Source: Rivihabitans pingtungensis (GTDB lineage: Bacteria; Pseudomonadota; Gammaproteobacteria; Burkholderiales; Aquaspirillaceae). Taken from it: 24,000 nucleotides of DNA. The first letter of the stretch is position 1; every line of letters begins with the position of its first letter. The position numbers were made by a program, and so were the translations under genes. Below, one piece after another: positions 1 to 8,875 of the stretch. Under the pieces are notes generated by a model. It was not told where the DNA came from, did not search any database, and saw nothing but the letters and a program-made list of their open reading frames with translations. The DNA is taken from assembly GCF_003201855.1 (NCBI RefSeq), contig NZ_QJKI01000032.1, forward strand, positions 6,338 through 30,337, in the 5' to 3' direction.

Positions 1-1035
1 GGCCGGCTCAATGCCTACGCCGTGGTTCCAGGCCAGCCAGAAATCCGTCAGCGCGGCGGCGCTGGCGGCTGGCAATTCGGCGGCGTACAGCGCCAGAAAA
101 GCCCGCAATTTATCCAGGTGCGCGCAATCGTCCTGTGGATAAATGTGCCAGACAAACGGCCGCGCCGCCCATTGCGCGCGCACAAAAGAATCCTCGCCGC
201 GCACCAGATTCAGGTCGCACAGCCACAGCAAGCGGTCGTACTCGCGCTGCTCGACAAACGGCAAGCCCTGCACGCGCACCGCGCCGCGCTGCCCTTGCCA
301 GCCCGGCGCCAGCCACTGGCCGCACCAGTGTGCCGCCTCGGCAGCGCCGCGCCCATCGGGGACCAGCACGCGCACTGGCTCGCCGTGCGCCAGCAGCGCA
401 TCCAGCCAGGCGTCAACGCGCTCGCCGCCGTAGCAAAACAGCGACACGGTCAACTCGCCAGCCAGCGGCGGCGTCAGCCCCAGCGCCGCCCAGCCGGCGG
501 CCGGGTCGGCCAGCTGCGCCTCGCGCCGCGCCGACACATCGGCCTCGCCCAACACCCCGCCGGTATTGTCGCGAAAACCCGGAAAGAAAAAATGCTTGCG
601 CAGCGGCAAGCTGGGATGCGGCGATGGCAGGCCATGGCAGCCGCCCACCCAGTCTTCGGCGCTGAGGTATTCCAGGTTGATCCACACCGGCGCCGGCTGG
701 CAGGCGGCCATGGCTTGTACAAAACCCTCCGGCAAGTTGCAGGCAAATGCTTCGATCACCCGTTTGGCAGGGATAACCGCCGGCAAGGCGGCGGCGTCCC
801 AGCGCCGCACCTCAATGCCTTCGATGCTTTGCGCATCCAGGCTTGGCGCCAGCGACGGACACAGCCGGGCAAAGCTGGCCAGATCGTCCACCCACAGCCG
901 CACCGACATGCCCAGCTCGGCGGACAGCTGGCGCGCCAGCCGCCAGCACACGCCGATATCGCCGTAGTTATCCACCACGGCGCAAAAGATATCCCAATCA
1001 GGGCGGTCTACACTGACACAAGAGGGGCTGTTCAT
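1..1035 (-). CDS. earP: EF-P arginine rhamnosyltransferase EarP (partial; C-terminus lies beyond the left window edge)
   Basis: Absent from the ORF track because it runs off the window. My translation of the minus strand from the ATG (complement of 1033..1035) reads MNSPSCVSVDRPDWDIFCAVVDNYGDIGVCWRLARQLSAELGMSVRLWVDD...INLEYLSAEDWV...FFFPGF...VRGEDSFVRAQWAARPFVWHIYPQ. These are the hallmark blocks of the EarP (DUF2331) family. The 354-aa plus-strand ORF 22..1086 is its mirror. Confidence 0.8.
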   Translation of the reverse strand, partial: MNSPSCVSVDRPDWDIFCAVVDNYGDIGVCWRLARQLSAELGMSVRLWVDDLASFARLCPSLAPSLDAQSIEGIEVRRWDAAALPAVIPAKRVIEAFACNLPEGFVQAMAACQPAPVWINLEYLSAEDWVGGCHGLPSPHPSLPLRKHFFFPGFRDNTGGVLGEADVSARREAQLADPAAGWAALGLTPPLAGELTVSLFCYGGERVDAWLDALLAHGEPVRVLVPDGRGAAEAAHWCGQWLAPGWQGQRGAVRVQGLPFVEQREYDRLLWLCDLNLVRGEDSFVRAQWAARPFVWHIYPQDDCAHLDKLRAFLALYAAELPAASAAALTDFWLAWNHGVGIEPA

Positions 1036-1520
1036 AGGCTCACCGGCAATTCCAGGGTTTCCTTGACTTCTTCCATCACCACATAGCTGCGCGACTCGTT
1101 GGCGCAGGGCAGTTTCAGCAGGATGTCGCCCAATAATTGCCGGTACAGCGACATGTCGGGGATGCGCGCCTTGATCAGATAGTCAAAATCCCCGGACACC
1201 AGATGGCAGTCCAGCACATGCGGCAGGGTGAGCACTTCGCGACGGAAGGCTTCAAAGATTTCACCAGATTTGGTGGACAGCTTGATTTCGACAAACACCA
1301 GCAGGGGCAAATCCATGGCCTTGGGGTCGAGCCGGGCGTAGTAGCCCTGAATCACCCCGGCTTTTTCCAAGCGGCGCACTCTTTCGGTGCACGGCGTGGC
1401 CGACAGGCCCACCCGCTCGGCTAAATCAGTCATGGAAATGCGGCCGTCAGATTGCAGAATATCGAGGATGCGCCGGTCGATGCGGTCGAGCTCTTTGAAG
1501 CCCTGGTATCGGGTTCTCAT
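1032..1520 (-). CDS. lrp: Lrp/AsnC-family transcriptional regulator (DadR-like by its position divergent to dadA)
   Basis: The 162-aa ORF aligns along its whole length with E. coli Lrp as I recall it (LDRIDRRIL...DGRIS...LAERVGLSATPCTERVRRLEKAGVIQGY...CHLVSGDFDYLIKARIPDMSLYRQLLGD...SYVVMEEVK). Its stop TGA (1032..1034) overlaps the earP ATG (1033..1035) as ATGA. Confidence 0.9.
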   Translation of the reverse strand: MRTRYQGFKELDRIDRRILDILQSDGRISMTDLAERVGLSATPCTERVRRLEKAGVIQGYYARLDPKAMDLPLLVFVEIKLSTKSGEIFEAFRREVLTLPHVLDCHLVSGDFDYLIKARIPDMSLYRQLLGDILLKLPCANESRSYVVMEEVKETLELPVSL

Positions 1521-1733
1521 GTTTCCCTGCTTTTTCTAAAAAACACACAAAGTTGTCACTGGCCTTATGGTTTCTTTGGTGAAATTCACCGGCCAAGCCT
1601 TCATATACTAACGCAAATCACTGGTGCGTAAGCGCCTTTTCTTGAATGTGTTTTCATGCAGCGCCCGGCGCTGCGCCAATCTGGCGCATGCCCGCCCGCA
1701 AGGCGAGCGCTCTGCAAGCAGAAGGAGGCAACG
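1521..1733. promoter_or_regulatory. Divergent lrp/dadA intergenic control region
   Basis: A 213-bp, locally AT-richer spacer between divergently oriented genes (ttttctaaaaaacacacaaagttgtcac..., tcatatactaacgcaaatcac). No individual promoter boxes or Lrp sites could be assigned with confidence. Confidence 0.4.
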
Positions 1734-3038
1734 ATGAAAGTCGTGATTCTGGGTGGGGGTGTGATCGGGGTGGCCAGCGCGTATTACCTGGCCAAGGCAG
1801 GCTGCGAAGTGACCGTAGTCGAACGTCAGCCGGGGCCGGCGCTGGAAACCAGCTTTGGTAACGCCGGGCAAATCTCGCCGGGTTATTCGGCGCCGTGGGC
1901 AGCGCCGGGCATTCCGCTGAAGGCGCTGAAGTGGCTGTTCCAGAAACACGCACCGCTGGCCATCCGCGCCGACGGCAGCCTGTATCAATGGCAATGGATG
2001 GCCAAGATGCTGTCCAACTGCAACGAAAAAAGCTACGCGGTGAACAAAGCCCGCATGATGCGCCTGGCCGAGTACAGCCGTGACTGCATCAAGGCCTTGC
2101 GCGCCGACACGGGCATTGCCTACGAAGGCCGCCAGCAAGGCACGCTGCAAGTGTTCCGCACCCAGGCGCAGCTGGACGCCATGGCCAAAGATATCGCCGT
2201 GCTGAAAGAATGCGGCGTGCCGTTCAAAGTGATGAACCGCGCCGAGATTGTCGCCACCGAACCGGCGCTGGCGCGCGTGCAAGACAAGCTGGTGGGCGCG
2301 CTGCAACTGCCCAATGACGAAACCGGCGATTGCAAGCTGTTCACCGAAGAGCTGGCCCGCCTGGCCGCCGGCCTGGGCGTGCAGTTCCGCTGGAACACCT
2401 CGATTGACGCGCTGCAGAGCGAAGGTGACCGCATTGTTGGCGTGCGCTGCGGCGGCGACACGCTGAAGGCTGACCACTATGTGCTGGCCATGGGCAGCTA
2501 CTCGCGCGCGCTGCTGAAAACCCTGAGCATCGACATCCCAGTGTACCCGGTGAAGGGCTATTCGCTGACCGTGCCGATTACCCGCGCCGACGCCGCGCCG
2601 GTGTCCACGGTGATGGACGAAACCTACAAAGTGGCAATCACCCGCTTTGACGACCGCATTCGCGTGGGCGGCATGGCCGAGCTGGCCGGCTTTGATCTGT
2701 CGCTGAATCCAGAACGTCGCGCCACGCTGGAAATGGTGGTGGGCGACCTGTTCCCCGATGGCGGCAATATCCCGGCGGCGGAGTTCTGGACCGGCCTGCG
2801 CCCGATGACTCCGGATGGCACGCCGATTATTGGCGGCACCCGCTTTGCCAATCTGTCGCTGAACACCGGCCACGGCACCCTGGGCTGGACCATGAGCGCC
2901 GGCTCCGGCAAGTTGCTGGCCGACCTGGTCACCCAACGCACGCCGGACATCAGCACCGAAGGCCTGTCGATTGCCCGCTACGGCCAGCCGGCCCGGCAAG
3001 CCACGCGCCCGGCGCACCTGACCCCGCGACTGTCCTGA
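1734..3038 (+). CDS. dadA: D-amino-acid dehydrogenase small subunit (FAD-dependent)
   Basis: It begins [32 protein letters not shown] (Rossmann GxGxxG FAD fold) and shows DadA-like sequence throughout, at about 434 aa. A strong SD (gaaggagg, 1721..1728) lies 5 nt before ATG 1734. The track start at 1656 adds 26 non-homologous residues. Confidence 0.92.
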
Positions 3039-3100
3039 TTCGGCCCGACTGTTTCTGCCCGTTTCCCTCGGTTCTGCCATCCCAGCAGCGACCCTTGCCA

Positions 3101-3130
3101 CGGCCCCGCCATCTTGCGGGGCCGTTTTTT
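3101..3130 (+). terminator. Rho-independent terminator after dadA
   Basis: The stem is cggccccgc (3101..3109) pairing with gcggggccg (3116..3124), with a 6-nt loop. It is followed by tttttt (3125..3130). Confidence 0.75.
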
Positions 3131-3429
3131 GTGCACGCCCCCAGCGGCAACCCCGCGTACCCGGCTATGATTTTGTCGTATAAAAGCAACAAACGAATCA
3201 TCTGACGCTTGGTGTACGGCCTTCTGCCAGCTATACCTATACAGGCATGACATCGACACATTATGCTACACGGCTAGGTCACACCATGGCGCCGTGCCCG
3301 CATTGCCGACGCTCAGCGGTATACGTGTCAAGTGCCAAGGCTATTTGTGTCCGCCCTGACTCGTCTAACCCGCCAGGGCTCCGTCCGCGTGACCTGCTTG
3401 GCTGCCCCCGCGCCAGCAAGGAAATTGGC

Positions 3430-6261
3430 ATGAAACTGAACTGGATCACCGCACACCGCCGCCTGCTGAAATTGGTCTGGCCATTTGTACTCACGGTCGC
3501 ACTGCAAGTTGCGCTGGGCGTGTTCAGCCTGAACATCCTGTCGGCCGTGCGCGCCTATGTCGGCGGCGAGAGTCTTTGGTCCAAGGGGCAAAAAGACGCC
3601 ATTTATGCCCTTTATCGCTATGCCGACAGCGGCCACCCCGCAGATTTGGTGCAATACCAGCAAGCCCTGGGGGTCATTGCCGGAGACCGGCGCGCACGCG
3701 AGGCGCTGGAGCAAACCGAACCCAATACCGATGTTGCCCGCGAAGGATTTCTGGCGGGCGGCAATGCGCCGAGCGACGTCGATAACCTGATCTGGCTGTT
3801 TGTCGAATTCCGCGATGATGAGGATATCTCGCACGTGGCCCGGCTGTGGCGAGAGGGTGACCGGCTGATGGACGAGCTCAACCTGATCGCCATCCGCTTG
3901 CAGGAAGCCGCGGCCAGCCGCACGCTGGATCTGGACAAGCAACGGGCACTGCGCCAGAACATCCAGCGTATCAACGAACAGATCACCCCGCTGACCAAGG
4001 CTTTTTCGCGTTCGCTCAGCGATCTGGCACGGCGGGTAGAAAACCTGCTGCTGCTGATCAATGTGCTGGCAGCTGCCACCCTGGTCGGACTGGCACTCTG
4101 GCGCGCCAACCGCCTGCTGAGCCAAAGCGAAGGCTATGCCAGTGCACTGCGGCAAAGCGAGGAGCGCTTCAAGCTGGCCGTGCAGGGCAGCAATGATGGC
4201 ATCTGGGATTGGGACATGCGCACTGGTGCGGTGTATTTCTCGCCGCGTTATAAAGAATTGCTCGGATTTGGCCAGGACGACTCAAGCCTGGACTTTGCCA
4301 CCCTCACCGCCCGTCTGCACCCGGAAGACCGTGAACGCGCCATCGAAGCCCTGCGCCGCCATCTGGCCAATGAAGCCCATTACGATGTGGAATACCGCAT
4401 GCGCACCCGCACCGGCGAATACCGCTGGTATCGGGCCCGCGGACGGGTGCTGCGCACTCCGGATGGTGTGCCTCTGCGCATGTCTGGTTCGCTGACTGAC
4501 GCCACCGACCGCAAAGAAATCGAGCACGCGCTGCAAAGCGAGAAAGAACGCGCCGAAATCACGCTGGCGGCCATTGGCGAAGCGGTGATCACCACCGATA
4601 CCCAGGGACAGATCGACTACATGAACCCGGCCGCCGAGCAATTGCTGTCGTGTTCGCTGACGCTGGCGCGCAGCAAGCCGCTGTCCAGCCTGTTCCGGCT
4701 GGTCGATCCCTTGCAACGCAGCCACGAAATGCGGCTGCCGCCCCTGCAATCCGGCATACAGCTGCCGGCCATCAGCCAGAATCACCATAATCTGCTGCTG
4801 ATCCAGCATGACGGGCAGGAAATCTCGGTCAACCTGACCCACTCGTCCATCCATACGCACGATGGCCAGGTAGAAGGCCAGGTGCTGGTATTGCACGACC
4901 TCACCCGCGAGCATCAATACTTGGCCAGTCTGTCCTGGCAGGCCAGCCACGATATGCTGACCGGACTGGTCAACCGCCGTGAATTCGAGCGCAGCCTGCT
5001 GGCCTCACTGGCCACAGCCGACAGTGAACATGATGCCCTGATGTATCTGGACCTGGACCAGTTCAAGACCGTCAACGACACCTGCGGCCATGCGGCCGGT
5101 GACGCCCTGCTGCGCCAGACCGCCGCCGTGCTGCAACAGCAACTGGATCCGCATGACCTGCTGGCCCGGCTGGGGGGCGACGAATTTGGCGTACTGCTCA
5201 GCCACACCGATCTGGCCCGCGCCGAACACGTGGCCGAAGCCCTGCGCCAGAGTGTGCTCAAGCTCAACTTCACCTGGGGCGGACAATCCTTCTCGATCAG
5301 CGCCAGTATTGGCCTGGTGTACCTCGACCAGCATCCCGTCACCCTGGCCGAAGTGCTGCGGGCAGCGGATGTGGCCTGCTATATGGCCAAGGAAAAAGGC
5401 CGCAACCGGGTGCAGCGCTACCGGCCGCAAGACAGCGAAGTCTCCTTGCGCTACGACGAGATGGAATGGGTGCACCGGCTGCATCGCGCACTGGAAGAAC
5501 AGCGCCTGTGCCTGTATGCGCAAACCATCCAGCCGCTGGCTGAAAATAGCGATGGCGAACACTATGAAGTCTTGCTGCGCCTGCGCGACGAGCAAGGTGA
5601 TCTGGTGCCACCGATCGCCTTCCTGCCCGCCGCAGAACGCTACAACCTGATGCCCCAGATTGACCGCTGGGTGGTCACTGCGGCGCTACGCGCGCTGGAG
5701 GCCCGTCACCTGGGCCCGGACAAGCCCCGGCTGGGCCTGTGCGCCATCAATCTGTCCGGCGCCTCGATCAACGATGAACAGTTCCTGGATTTCCTGCGCG
5801 ACACCCTGCGCAACAGCCCGGTGCCCACCACCTCACTGTGTTTTGAAATCACCGAAACCAGCGCGATTGCCAGCCTGGCTTCGGCAGCGCGGGTGGTCAG
5901 CGAATTGCGCGCGCTGGGCTGCCATTTTGCCCTCGACGACTTTGGCACCGGCATGTCGTCGTTTGCCTACCTGAAGCACCTGCCGGTGGATTACCTGAAA
6001 ATCGACGGCAGCTTTGTCAAGGACATGGTGCGCGACCCGGTGGATCGCGCCATGGTGGAAATGATCCAGCGCATCAGCGCCATGATGGGCAAACACACCA
6101 TTGCCGAATATGTAGAAGACCTCGATACGCTGAACATGCTGCGCGCCTGTGGCGTGCACTATGCCCAGGGTTATGGCATTGCCAGGCCACAACCCTTTTA
6201 CGATCCCCGGCCCGTGCCCGCCCAGATCACGGCGCCGGACAGGACGACGACTTCACCCTGA
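3430..6261 (+). CDS. Membrane-bound PAS-PAS-GGDEF-EAL protein (c-di-GMP cyclase/phosphodiesterase)
   Basis: Domain order from the N-terminus:
- Two hydrophobic helices (LLKLVWPFVLTVALQVALGVFSLNILSAV and LLLLINVLAAATLVGLALW) flank a ~190-aa presumably periplasmic region.
- The first PAS domain reads FKLAVQGSNDGIWDWDMRTG...YRWYRARGRV; a second PAS-like segment follows.
- The GGDEF domain carries RLGGDEFGVLL.
- The EAL domain carries YEVLLRL, CFEITETS and DDFGTGMSSFAYLKHLPVDYLKIDGSFV.

The start was chosen at ATG 3430 (MKLNWITAHRR), which has aagga 7 nt upstream. The track start at 3247 adds 61 implausible residues. Confidence 0.9.
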   Translation: MKLNWITAHRRLLKLVWPFVLTVALQVALGVFSLNILSAVRAYVGGESLWSKGQKDAIYALYRYADSGHPADLVQYQQALGVIAGDRRAREALEQTEPNTDVAREGFLAGGNAPSDVDNLIWLFVEFRDDEDISHVARLWREGDRLMDELNLIAIRLQEAAASRTLDLDKQRALRQNIQRINEQITPLTKAFSRSLSDLARRVENLLLLINVLAAATLVGLALWRANRLLSQSEGYASALRQSEERFKLAVQGSNDGIWDWDMRTGAVYFSPRYKELLGFGQDDSSLDFATLTARLHPEDRERAIEALRRHLANEAHYDVEYRMRTRTGEYRWYRARGRVLRTPDGVPLRMSGSLTDATDRKEIEHALQSEKERAEITLAAIGEAVITTDTQGQIDYMNPAAEQLLSCSLTLARSKPLSSLFRLVDPLQRSHEMRLPPLQSGIQLPAISQNHHNLLLIQHDGQEISVNLTHSSIHTHDGQVEGQVLVLHDLTREHQYLASLSWQASHDMLTGLVNRREFERSLLASLATADSEHDALMYLDLDQFKTVNDTCGHAAGDALLRQTAAVLQQQLDPHDLLARLGGDEFGVLLSHTDLARAEHVAEALRQSVLKLNFTWGGQSFSISASIGLVYLDQHPVTLAEVLRAADVACYMAKEKGRNRVQRYRPQDSEVSLRYDEMEWVHRLHRALEEQRLCLYAQTIQPLAENSDGEHYEVLLRLRDEQGDLVPPIAFLPAAERYNLMPQIDRWVVTAALRALEARHLGPDKPRLGLCAINLSGASINDEQFLDFLRDTLRNSPVPTTSLCFEITETSAIASLASAARVVSELRALGCHFALDDFGTGMSSFAYLKHLPVDYLKIDGSFVKDMVRDPVDRAMVEMIQRISAMMGKHTIAEYVEDLDTLNMLRACGVHYAQGYGIARPQPFYDPRPVPAQITAPDRTTTSP

Positions 6262-6278
6262 TACAGGAGACCTGCCTC

Positions 6279-7037
6279 ATGAACGCTCCCTTCTCTCGCA
6301 CCGGTCCGCTGATGGAACTCTCCAGCTACCCGGACTGGGCTCGCCAACTGGTGGAAGACTGCGCCGCCGACCGTGCCCGCGTCACCCAGCATGTGCTGTT
6401 CCAGCGCATGCGCGACGCCACCCTGCCCTACCCGATCATGCGTTACTTCCTGATTGGCGTGTGGCCGGTGATTGAACAGTTTCCGCAATACATGGCCTTC
6501 AACCTGCTGAAGGTGCGCTATGGCCGCCACCCGGGCGAAGACCTGGCCCGCACCTGGCTGATCCGCAACCTGCGCGTGGAACAACACCACGCCGATTACT
6601 GGGTGGATTGGGCCGAAGCCAGCGATGTCTCCCGCGACGCGCTGATTGCCGGCCTGGACGACCCGGCCACGCTGGCGCTGTCGCACTGGTGCTGGCGCAC
6701 CTGTGAGCGAGAAGCGCTGGCCATATCGATGGCCGCCACCCACTACGCCATCGAAGGCGCCACTGGGGATTGGTCCAATCTGGTGTGCTCGACCGACACC
6801 TACGCACAAACCTTCCCGGAAGCCGACCGCAAAAAAGCCACCCGCTGGCTGCGCCAGCATGCCCAGTACGACGACACCCATCCGTGGGAAGCGCTGGACA
6901 TCATCTGCACCCTGCTGGGCCATGAACCAGAAGCCAAGCAGCTTGAACAGCTGCGCCTGGCCATCTGCACCAGCTACCGCTATATGGCGATGACGCTGGA
7001 CCGCTGCATGCAAATGGCGCCGGCCAAGCAAGACTGA
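6279..7037 (+). CDS. Heme-oxygenase-like fold protein (TenA/PqqC/CADD-type 'iron-containing redox enzyme' superfamily)
   Basis: This 252-aa ORF is all-helical in character. It has spaced E/H/D residues typical of the superfamily (RVEQHHADYW, HYAIEGATGDW, HAQYDDTHPWEAL). An SD (aggag) precedes the ATG, which lies only 17 nt after the GGDEF-EAL stop. The family assignment is from recollection of sequence character, not a search. Confidence 0.6.
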   Translation: MNAPFSRTGPLMELSSYPDWARQLVEDCAADRARVTQHVLFQRMRDATLPYPIMRYFLIGVWPVIEQFPQYMAFNLLKVRYGRHPGEDLARTWLIRNLRVEQHHADYWVDWAEASDVSRDALIAGLDDPATLALSHWCWRTCEREALAISMAATHYAIEGATGDWSNLVCSTDTYAQTFPEADRKKATRWLRQHAQYDDTHPWEALDIICTLLGHEPEAKQLEQLRLAICTSYRYMAMTLDRCMQMAPAKQD

Positions 7038-7118
7038 GCGGCTGACACGTCGGGCTGGACGGCAGGGATTTATTCTGTCGTCCGCCAGCGCCTCTTCTAT
7101 CAGCGCCGACGACACAGG

Positions 7119-7124
7119 TATAAT
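7119..7124 (+). promoter_or_regulatory. Candidate -10 box (TATAAT) of the pyrBI promoter
   Basis: A perfect tataat hexamer lies in caggtataatggtg, about 130 nt upstream of pyrB. The only -35 candidate is weak (ttctat, 7095..7100). Confidence 0.4.
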
Positions 7125-7154
7125 GGTGACAACCACCGTCCGGAGTCAGTCGCC

Positions 7155-7256
7155 ATGCATCCCGCGCCATCCGCCCGCCTTGCGTTGCGCCCGACCCGGA
7201 ACGCCCCTCGCCCGCAGGGGCTTTTTTTCGCCCGTGATTCAAGGATTCCGAGATGA
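7155..7256 (+). CDS. Candidate pyrBI leader peptide (pyrL-like, 33 aa)
   Basis: A GGAG (7142..7145) lies 9 nt before ATG 7155. My translation is [33 protein letters not shown]. The ORF reads straight through the attenuator hairpin and T-tract (encoding GLFF). Its TGA (7254..7256) overlaps the pyrB ATG (7253..7255). The architecture parallels enterobacterial pyrL. Confidence 0.4.
7203..7228 (+). terminator. Attenuator-type intrinsic terminator in the pyrBI leader
   Basis: The stem is gcccct (7203..7208) pairing with aggggc (7216..7221), with a 7-nt loop. Seven consecutive T follow (7222..7228), ending 25 nt before the pyrB start codon. Confidence 0.55.
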
Positions 7257-8176
7257 GCAATCCCCTGTACCAGCGACATGTGATTTCCATTGCCGACCTC
7301 ACCCGGCACGACCTGGAAACCGTGATTGCCACCGCCCAGCAGCTCAAGCGCGAACCGCGCACCGACCTGCTCAAGGACAAAGTCGTCGCCAGCTGCTTTT
7401 TTGAAGCCTCCACCCGCACCCGGCTGTCGTTTGAAACCGCCGTGCAGCGGCTGGGCGGCACGGTGATCGGCTTTGACGACGGCGGCAACACCTCGCTGGC
7501 CAAAAAAGGCGAGACCATGGCCGACTCGGTGCGCATCATCACCTCGTATGTGGACGCCTTCGTGATGCGCCACCCCAAGGACGGCGCCGCGCGGCTGGCC
7601 TCGGAAAACTCCAGCGTGCCGGTGATCAACGGCGGCGACGGCTCTAACCAGCACCCCTCGCAAACCCTGCTGGATCTGTTCACCATCCACGAAACCCAGG
7701 GCAAGCTGGATGGCCTGACCCTGGCTTTTGTCGGCGACCTCAAATACGGCCGCACCGTGCACTCGCTGGCGCAGGCCCTGGCGCTGTTCAACTGCAAGTT
7801 TTACTTTATCGCCCCCGAAGCGCTGGCCATGCCCGACTACATCTGCGAGCAGCTGGACGCCCACGGCATCGAATACCAACTGGCCGCCAGCATCGAAGAA
7901 GTGGTGCCCGAGCTGGATATTCTGTACATGACCCGCGTACAGAAAGAGCGTTTCGACGAAACCGAATTCCAGCACCTGAAATCCAAATACAAGCTGGACG
8001 CCAGCATGCTGGAAGGCGCCAAGCCCAACCTGAAAGTGCTGCACCCGCTACCGCGCATCGACGAAATCGCCACCGACGTCGATGCCACCCCGCATGCCTA
8101 CTACTTCCAGCAAGCGCAGAACGGCGTGTTTGCCCGCCAGGCGCTGCTGGCGCTGGTGCTCAACGAAACCGTGTAA
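7253..8176 (+). CDS. pyrB: Aspartate carbamoyltransferase catalytic subunit
   Basis: It is near-colinear with E. coli PyrB as recalled ([13 protein letters not shown]..., [66 protein letters not shown]). An SD (aagga) lies 7 nt upstream. Confidence 0.97.
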
Positions 8177-8187
8177 TGGAGAACGCG

Positions 8188-8649
8188 ATGATGGAACACA
8201 CGCTCAAGGTGGAAGCCCTGGCCAATGGCACAGTGATCGACCACATCCCCGCCGGGCAAGGTCGGCGCATTCTCAAGCTGTTTCGCATGTCGGAAAGCGG
8301 CGAGCGCATTTATATCGGCTTTAACCTGCCCAGCCGCCGCACCGGCAAGAAAGACCTGATCAAGGTCGAGAACATCACCTTCACCCCGGCGCAAGCCAAC
8401 CAACTGGCGCTGTTTGCCCCCAACGCCACGGTGAATGTGATTGAAAACTTCAAGGTCAAAGAAAAACTGACGCTGGGCGTGCCCGACACGGTGGATGGCA
8501 TGCTGACCTGCCCGAACAGCAACTGCATCACCGCCACCGAGCCGGTGGAAACCTCGTTCCGGGTGAGCGAGAAAGAAGGCGAAGTGCGGCTCAAGTGCAA
8601 GTATTGCGAAAAAACCTTCGCGCGGGATGCCTTTGCGCAATTGCGCTAA
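8188..8649 (+). CDS. pyrI: Aspartate carbamoyltransferase regulatory subunit
   Basis: It carries TLKVEALANGTVIDHIPAG..KDLIKVEN...CPNSNCIT...LKCKYCEK, including the Zn-binding Cys pairs, as in E. coli PyrI. The start at ATG 8188 is preferred because ggag (8178..8181) lies 6 nt upstream and it gives 153 aa. The track start at 8176 overlaps the pyrB stop and is an alternative. Confidence 0.93.
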   Translation: MMEHTLKVEALANGTVIDHIPAGQGRRILKLFRMSESGERIYIGFNLPSRRTGKKDLIKVENITFTPAQANQLALFAPNATVNVIENFKVKEKLTLGVPDTVDGMLTCPNSNCITATEPVETSFRVSEKEGEVRLKCKYCEKTFARDAFAQLR

Positions 8650-8875
8650 GCACACCTGTTTTGGGCGGGATGCTGGTCCCGCCGCCGACCCGCTTGCTTT
8701 GCTTCGCCAAATAAAACAGGTAAAGGAAGGTGAGCCAGACACGTGCTCAGCGCGGTAAGCGCTGGGCACGTTGCGCTTTATGAGCGACATACCGGCGCAG
8801 CACCACAGCCGGCGCCTCACACCGTCGCACATCACGCAAAAACCGATCACCTGAATCCATTCAGGACACGGTCAA

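Noticed and set aside
22-1086. A 354-aa plus-strand ORF (Arg/Gln/Ala/Pro-rich), plus the nested ORFs at 135..665, 143..433 and others.
   Set aside because: The composition is typical of a mirror-frame artefact in high-GC DNA. The opposite strand encodes a protein with clear EarP motifs, so the minus-strand gene is the real one.
1608-3101. A 497-aa minus-strand ORF opposite dadA.
   Set aside because: It is an Ala/Gly/Arg/His-rich antisense shadow of a confidently identified dadA. It has no RBS and no recognisable motifs.
3247-3429. The upstream extension of the GGDEF-EAL ORF. The same issue arises for the track ORFs starting at 1656, 9637, 9838, 10782, 14124, 14943, 15436, 16930, 20304 and 21092.
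   Set aside because: The added residues are Arg/Pro/Cys-rich with no homology. Internal ATGs preceded by good SD sequences give proteins of canonical length that begin with family-typical N-termini.
7123-7404. A 93-aa ORF considered as the pyrBI leader peptide.
   Set aside because: Its ATG lies inside the putative -10 hexamer, so it is probably not transcribed. It would also run 150 nt into pyrB out of frame. The 33-codon ORF at 7155..7256, with its own GGAG and a stop overlapping the pyrB ATG, is the better candidate.
6198-8044. Minus-strand ORFs of 312, 298 and 314 aa overlapping the TenA-like gene and pyrB.
   Set aside because: They lie opposite confidently identified genes (pyrB is near-colinear with the E. 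coli enzyme). They are low-complexity shadows.
8664-8683. A hairpin ggcggga-N6-tcccgcc after pyrI, considered as its terminator.
   Set aside because: No T-tract follows on the plus strand, and on the minus strand it is followed by A residues. It cannot be called an intrinsic terminator from sequence alone.
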